A stretch of 64,000 nt of DNA, from positions 3,136,001 through 3,200,000 of the forward strand of contig CBDEFM010000002.1 in assembly GCA_965237415.1 (NCBI GenBank). Reading direction: 5' to 3'. A program made the translations under genes and the position numbers. Positions 58,774-64,000 of the stretch are shown here, piece by piece. Numbering within the stretch: the first letter of the stretch is position 1; each line of letters opens with the position of its first letter. The DNA comes from Alphaproteobacteria bacterium. Lineage in GTDB: Bacteria; Pseudomonadota; Alphaproteobacteria; UBA828. The notes below the pieces were generated by a model. It was not told the origin of the DNA, made no database searches, and saw nothing but the letters and a program-made list of their open reading frames with translations.

Positions 58774-59187
58774 GTGACCCAGCAAGGCCCGGCGAATTTG
58801 CGCGTCTACGGCGTGCTGCTGCGCGGCGGCCGGGTGCTGATTGCGGCGGAGGAGGTCGGGGGACGCGACGTGCTGAAGCTCCCCGGCGGCGCGGTCGAGG
58901 CCGACGAGACGCCGGAGCAGGCGCTCAAGCGCGAGTTCATGGAGGAGGGGAGCCTGAGTATCGAGCCGACCCGTCTGCTCCACGCGCCGGGAACCCTCTA
59001 CAGTCACTGGATTCACGGGCTGTACACGCCCATGTTCTACGCGGTTCAGGGGGGCGGAGAGCCGATAACGCCACCGGACGAGCCGGTCGAGCTGCTCTTC
59101 ATGAAGCCTGAGCAAGCGGTTGCAAGCGGGCGCATGGCCCAGCCGGAAATCGTGGCCCTGGACCGCGCGCTGACAGCCGCTCGATGA
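58774..59187 (+). CDS. NUDIX hydrolase
   Basis: LPGGAVEADETPEQALKREFMEEG Nudix box. Confidence 0.88.
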   Translation: MTQQGPANLRVYGVLLRGGRVLIAAEEVGGRDVLKLPGGAVEADETPEQALKREFMEEGSLSIEPTRLLHAPGTLYSHWIHGLYTPMFYAVQGGGEPITPPDEPVELLFMKPEQAVASGRMAQPEIVALDRALTAAR

Positions 59188-59222
59188 CCATACGAGTGGC
59201 CGGACGGGGAGAGGGTGCGGCA

Positions 59223-60371
59223 ATGAGCGGGCACCGCCAGAGGCGCGGCAGCCTTCGGCCCAGCCTGTGCGGCCTCGCCTTCGCTTCCATTGCCGTGGCG
59301 GCGTTGCTTGGATTGAGCGCACCTGAGGGGGCGGCGCAACAGCCGCCGGCCGTGGTCTCCGTCGACGAAGTGCGCATGGAGGCCATGGCGCAAACCGTGC
59401 CGGTGATCGGTCGTCTGGTGTCGCGGCGAGCGGGCGAGGTGGCAGCGCGAACGGCGGGCCCTGTCGCCCAGCTCCATGTCGAGGTCGGCGACCGCGTGGA
59501 GACCGGCGACCCGATTGCTGTTCTCGACACGGTCCGGCTCCGGGCCGAGCGCGATCGCCTGGCGGCGGTCGTCAACCAGGCCCAGGCGCAGGTGGAGAGC
59601 CTGGCGGCTCAGGCGGCCCTTCGCCGCCAAGGGCTGCGCCGGCTTGAAGGTCTTCGGGAGTCAGCGGCGTTCAGCCAGGGCCGCTACGAGGACGCCCGGC
59701 AGGAGGTCATCATCGCCGAGAGCGCAATCGGCACGGCGGACGCCACACGGGTCAGCGCGGCTGCGAGCCTCTCGCTCGCCCAGATCGATCTCTCCTGGGC
59801 CACGATCACGGCGCCCTATCCCGGTGTCATCACCGTCGTACACACCGAGATCGGCGCCTGGCTCGCTGTCGGCCAGCCGGTGGTGTCCATGATCAATGAC
59901 CTCGATCTTGAGGTCGAAGCCGAGGTGCCGTCGAGCCGCGTCGGGGCATTGAAGGCTGGCACGGCGGTCGCGCTCATTCTCGACGACGGAAGCGAGCACA
60001 CGGCGGTCGTGCGCACCGTCGTGCCGGAGGAAAACGCGCTCACCCGCACGCGCCAGGTCCGCTTCACCCCGCGCTTCGCGCCGGTACGCAAGCCGCTCGC
60101 GGCCAATCAGTCGGCGACGGTGCTGGTGCCAGCCGGGGCGGAGCGGGAGGTGCTCACCGTGCACAAGGACGCCATCGTCCGCAATCAGGGTCAGGCGTTC
60201 GTCTACGTCGCCCAGGACGGGGCGGCGCAGATCCGCCCGGTGCAGCTGGGCGCGGCCGTGGGTGGCCGCTTCGAAGTGCTGGGCGGCCTCGGCCCCGGCG
60301 AGCCGGTTGTGGTGCGCGGCAATGAGCGCCTGCGGCCTGGTCAGGCCATCACCGTAGGCGGCGCAGGCTAG
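59223..60371 (+). CDS. RND efflux periplasmic adaptor subunit
   Basis: VEVGDRVETG, ITAPYPG, GLGPGEPVVVRG; alternative start at 59184. Confidence 0.9.
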   Translation: MSGHRQRRGSLRPSLCGLAFASIAVAALLGLSAPEGAAQQPPAVVSVDEVRMEAMAQTVPVIGRLVSRRAGEVAARTAGPVAQLHVEVGDRVETGDPIAVLDTVRLRAERDRLAAVVNQAQAQVESLAAQAALRRQGLRRLEGLRESAAFSQGRYEDARQEVIIAESAIGTADATRVSAAASLSLAQIDLSWATITAPYPGVITVVHTEIGAWLAVGQPVVSMINDLDLEVEAEVPSSRVGALKAGTAVALILDDGSEHTAVVRTVVPEENALTRTRQVRFTPRFAPVRKPLAANQSATVLVPAGAEREVLTVHKDAIVRNQGQAFVYVAQDGAAQIRPVQLGAAVGGRFEVLGGLGPGEPVVVRGNERLRPGQAITVGGAG

Positions 60372-60386
60372 AAGCATCCCCTAGCG

Positions 60387-63300
60387 ATGAACCTGATAAG
60401 GCTGGCCATCGACCGACCGATCGCAGTCGTCGCCGCGATCCTGATGGTGGTCATGTTCGGCCTCGTCGCGCTGCAGACGATCCCGATTCAGCTCACGCCC
60501 GATGTCCGCAAGCCGGTCCTCACTGTCGAGACCTTCTGGCCCGGCGCGGCGCCAGCCGAGGTCGAGCGCGAGATCATCACGCAGCAGGAGGAGGTGTTCA
60601 AAGGCCTCGAGGGGCTGAGCCGCATGATCGGATCGGCCGACGATGGCGTTGGCGAGATCGAGCTGGAGTTCGCCGTCGGGACCGATATGGACAAGTCGCT
60701 CGTGCTGGTGGCCAACCGATTGGATCGGGTGCCCGACCAGCCGAACGACGCCGCCGAGCCGATCATCAGCTCGGCTGGGTCGGAGGACCAGCCGATCGCC
60801 TGGTTCATCCTCTCCCGCAAACCCGGCAACGAGCGCCCGATCCACACCTACGGCGATTTTGTGGAGGACGTGATCCAGGAGCGCCTCGAGCGGGTGCCGG
60901 GCGTGGCGCGGGTGAATATGTTCGGCGGCACCACGCAGGAGCTTCGGATCACGGTCGATCCCGCGCGCATGGCCCGCTACGGCCTCACCGTGACCGAGAT
61001 CGCAGACGCGCTCAGGCGGTCGAACGCCTCGATCTCTGCCGGCGATATCGAGGAGGGGAAGCGCCGCTACGTGGTTCGCACCGACGGTGAGCTCAACACG
61101 CCCGAGCGGGTCGCCAGCGTCGTTCTGCGCTCCGACAGCGACCCTCTCTCGGGCCGGGTCGGCCGAGTCACCATGGGCGATATCGCCACCATCGCCTACC
61201 GCCACAAGGAGCCCGTCGCCCGCATTCGCCAACTCGGCGAGCCGGCGCTGGCCGTCAACGCGGTGCGCGAGACCGGCGCCAACGTGATCGAGACCATGGC
61301 GAGCGTAAAGGAGGCCGTGGCGGAGCTGAACGCCGCGGCAATTCCTCAGGCGGGGCTTGTCTTCGAGCAGGTCTATGACGAAACCGTCTACATCAAGTCC
61401 GCCATCGATCTGGTGCAGAAAAACATGTTCGTCGGCGGTGCGCTGGCGGCGCTGATTCTGCTGCTGTTCCTGCGCTCATTCTCCGCCACCCTCATCGTCT
61501 CGATCGCGATCCCGGTTTCGGTCGTGGGCTCATTCGTTGCGATGGCGCTTCTCGGGCGCTCGATCAACGTGATCTCTCTCGCGGGCCTCGCGTTTGCCGT
61601 CGGCATGGTGGTGGACGCGGCGATCGTCGTGCTGGAGAACATCTACCGGCTCAGGCAGAGCGGCTACGGGCGGATGCAGGCCGCCTACCACGGCGCGCGG
61701 CAGGTCTGGGGCGCGGTGTTCGTCTCGGCTGCGACCACGGTGCTCGTCTTCGTGCCGATCCTGGTCATGGAGCTCGAAGCCGGCCAGTTGTTCCGCGATA
61801 TTGCCGTGGCCATCTCGGTCTCGGTCGTCCTTTCGCTGATTGTGGCGAGCACCGTGATTCCCTCGCTCGCGAGCCGGATCCTCGGGCGCAGACGCAGGGG
61901 CGAGCGTGGCGCCTCCGGTGCACAAGCCGTCACGGAGGAAGCGCCTTACCGGCTTCGCCTGCCGATCATCGACGATGCTGCCGCGCTGTTCGTCCGCATC
62001 GTCCTGGGCTTCACCGCCTGGGTCGTACGCCGCCGTTTGCGCGCCGCCGCGGTGGCGGCGGTGGTTTGCGGCGGTGCGCTCTTCGTCTCGTGGCTGCTGC
62101 TACCCCGGCTCGACTATCTGCCGACCGGCAACCGCAACCTGGTGTTTGGCGTCCTCCTGCCGCCGCCGGGCTACAATCTCGAAACCACCATGGGCATCGC
62201 GCGCTCGGTCGAGGATGCGGTGCGCCCTCTCTGGGCATCGGAGACCGGGCCGGACGCAGCACCCGGCGAGCCGCCGAAGATGCAGCGCTTCTTCTTCGTG
62301 ACGTTTCGCGATCAGGCGTTCGTTGGCGCGATCGCGGTCGAGCCTGACCGTGCCGGTGAGCTGATCGAGCCTATCCGCCGACCGGTGTTCTTCGAGCCCG
62401 GCACCTTCGGCTTCGTGAGCCAGGCGTCGCTGTTCGGCCGCGGGATCGGCGGCGGGCGCAAGATCGACGTCGATATCTCTGGCCCGGACCTCGAGACCGT
62501 TCTCGGCATCGCGCTTCAGGCGACCGGCCTCGTCGCGCAGGCCCTGCCCTTCGATCAGGGCAACCAGTTCCGCCCCAAACCCGGCCTTGAACTTGGCGCC
62601 CCGGAGGTGCGCCTCCTCCCCGATCCCATCAAACTCGGCGACAACGGGGTCTCCGCGCGCGAATTCGGCGCCACGATCGCGGCATACAACGACGGGCTCA
62701 AGGTCGATGAGGTGACCATCGATGCGAAGCGGTTCGACTTGGTGCTGGCGGGGCCGGACGCCAACGTCAACCGCACCCAGGGCATCGACAGCCTGCCGGT
62801 GGTTACGAGGGCGGGCGCCACGATACCGGCAAGCTCCCTCGCCGATATCGTGGTCACCACAGGCCCGACCAAGATTCGCCATGTCGAGCGCGAGCGTACG
62901 ATCACGCTGGAGATCCGCCCCGCCGCGGACATTCCCCTCGAGGTCGCGATGGAGAGGCTGGAGACCGGCGTCATTCAGGCGCTGGAGGGTCGCGGGCTGC
63001 CCCCGGGAGTGAAAATCAGGCTCTCCGGCACCGCCGACGATCTTGAGGCGACGTGGGATGCGATGGCGATCAATTTGGTGGTCGCCATCGCGATCGTCTA
63101 CCTCATCATGGCCGTGCTGTTCGAGAGCTTCGTCTATCCCTTCGTCATCATGCTCTCGGTGCCGCTCGCCGCCGCAGGCGGCGTCCTGGGGCTTGCGGCG
63201 GTCAACACCTATGCGTTTCAGCCCCTCGACATGCTGACCCTCCTCGGCTTCGTCATCCTGGTCGGCATCGTCGTCAACAACGCCATCCTGCTCGTCCATC

Positions 63301-63626
63301 AGACCCTGTTCCACATGCGGGAGGAGCAGATGGCGGTTGCAGATGCGATCACGACGGCAACCCGGAACCGGATCCGACCGATCTTCATGTCGACGCTCAC
63401 CAGCGTGTTCGGGATGTTGCCGCTGGTGCTGTTCCCCGGCGCAGGGTCGGAGCTCTACCGCGGGCTCGGGTCCGTCGTGATCGGCGGGCTTGCGCTCTCC
63501 GCCGTGCTCACGCTGTTGATCGTCCCGCCGCTGTTGGCGGTGGTGGCGACCCGCCAGCAGCGAAAGCACGAACGGCTGAGCACGGCCCTGGACGGTCCCT
63601 CGCTCGGCGGCACCAGCGCGGAATGA
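60387..63626 (+). CDS. RND efflux permease (AcrB/AcrD/AcrF family)
   Basis: [35 protein letters not shown]. Confidence 0.95.
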   Translation: MNLIRLAIDRPIAVVAAILMVVMFGLVALQTIPIQLTPDVRKPVLTVETFWPGAAPAEVEREIITQQEEVFKGLEGLSRMIGSADDGVGEIELEFAVGTDMDKSLVLVANRLDRVPDQPNDAAEPIISSAGSEDQPIAWFILSRKPGNERPIHTYGDFVEDVIQERLERVPGVARVNMFGGTTQELRITVDPARMARYGLTVTEIADALRRSNASISAGDIEEGKRRYVVRTDGELNTPERVASVVLRSDSDPLSGRVGRVTMGDIATIAYRHKEPVARIRQLGEPALAVNAVRETGANVIETMASVKEAVAELNAAAIPQAGLVFEQVYDETVYIKSAIDLVQKNMFVGGALAALILLLFLRSFSATLIVSIAIPVSVVGSFVAMALLGRSINVISLAGLAFAVGMVVDAAIVVLENIYRLRQSGYGRMQAAYHGARQVWGAVFVSAATTVLVFVPILVMELEAGQLFRDIAVAISVSVVLSLIVASTVIPSLASRILGRRRRGERGASGAQAVTEEAPYRLRLPIIDDAAALFVRIVLGFTAWVVRRRLRAAAVAAVVCGGALFVSWLLLPRLDYLPTGNRNLVFGVLLPPPGYNLETTMGIARSVEDAVRPLWASETGPDAAPGEPPKMQRFFFVTFRDQAFVGAIAVEPDRAGELIEPIRRPVFFEPGTFGFVSQASLFGRGIGGGRKIDVDISGPDLETVLGIALQATGLVAQALPFDQGNQFRPKPGLELGAPEVRLLPDPIKLGDNGVSAREFGATIAAYNDGLKVDEVTIDAKRFDLVLAGPDANVNRTQGIDSLPVVTRAGATIPASSLADIVVTTGPTKIRHVERERTITLEIRPAADIPLEVAMERLETGVIQALEGRGLPPGVKIRLSGTADDLEATWDAMAINLVVAIAIVYLIMAVLFESFVYPFVIMLSVPLAAAGGVLGLAAVNTYAFQPLDMLTLLGFVILVGIVVNNAILLVHQTLFHMREEQMAVADAITTATRNRIRPIFMSTLTSVFGMLPLVLFPGAGSELYRGLGSVVIGGLALSAVLTLLIVPPLLAVVATRQQRKHERLSTALDGPSLGGTSAE

Positions 63627-64000
63627 GGCCGGCTCCAGACGCGCCGCTTCACGAGTGGGACCTGTCGCCGGCGCAGGCGATCGCGTTGCAGAAGGCGCTG
63701 GCCGGTGCCGTTCTGCGTGCGGACAGGTTCGGACCCGGAGGTCGGCGGGCAATCAGGCGGGTGGCAGGCGTCGACGCTGCCTTCGCCGACGGCGGACGGG
63801 TGATCAGGGCTGCGGCGGTGGTGCTGGATTTTCCCGGACTGGTCCTGACCCACCAGGTTCTGGTCGAGCGCCCGACGACCTTCCCCTACGTGCCGGGTCT
63901 GCTCTCCTTCCGCGAAGTGCCGGCCCTGCTGGAGGCTCTGGGCCGGTTGCCTGCGGCGCCCGACCTGATCCTCTGCGACGGTCACGGCTATGCCCATCCG
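63623..64000 (+). CDS. nfi: Endonuclease V, truncated by window end
   Basis: Own translation from ATG 63623: [32 protein letters not shown]. Confidence 0.92.
   Translation, partial: MRPAPDAPLHEWDLSPAQAIALQKALAGAVLRADRFGPGGRRAIRRVAGVDAAFADGGRVIRAAAVVLDFPGLVLTHQVLVERPTTFPYVPGLLSFREVPALLEALGRLPAAPDLILCDGHGYAHP

Noticed and set aside
1-64000. CRISPR array, rRNA, prophage or defence system
   Set aside because: No regularly spaced direct repeats, cas, rRNA or phage structural genes recognised by eye

Overview
High-GC alphaproteobacterial chromosome segment (Rhodospirillales-like gene order; taxonomy is inference). About 1.3-16 kb is a decaying accessory island. It holds a LysR gene destroyed by IS256, a KshA/Neverland-type Rieske oxygenase with an in-frame TAG, a frameshifted MMPL/RND transporter with an outer-membrane protein and a LolA-like protein, IS3 and IS1634 remnants, an IS21 element with TSD, scrambled istA and a nested serine-recombinase fragment, an orphan mlaC and a second LysR. 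About 16-44 kb is conserved core: fabD-fabG-acpP-fabF-mltG-yicC-gmk, rsmA-surA-lptD-lptG-lptF (no pdxA), tRNA-Cys, leuS-lptE-holA and ccmDEFGHI. About 44-64 kb has porin and 2OG-Fe(II) pseudogenes, a CUT1 ABC importer with an asymmetric ATPase pair, an intradiol dioxygenase, a divergent Amt, DsbA, EamA transporters, an AcoX-like kinase, a NUDIX hydrolase, an RND pump and a partial nfi. The most notable signal is a ~265-bp TA-flanked palindromic repeat (two full copies, three end remnants). Its stems show several compensatory base changes between copies. One copy interrupts the start of the essential gene lptD but supplies a replacement in-frame ATG from its own terminal repeat.
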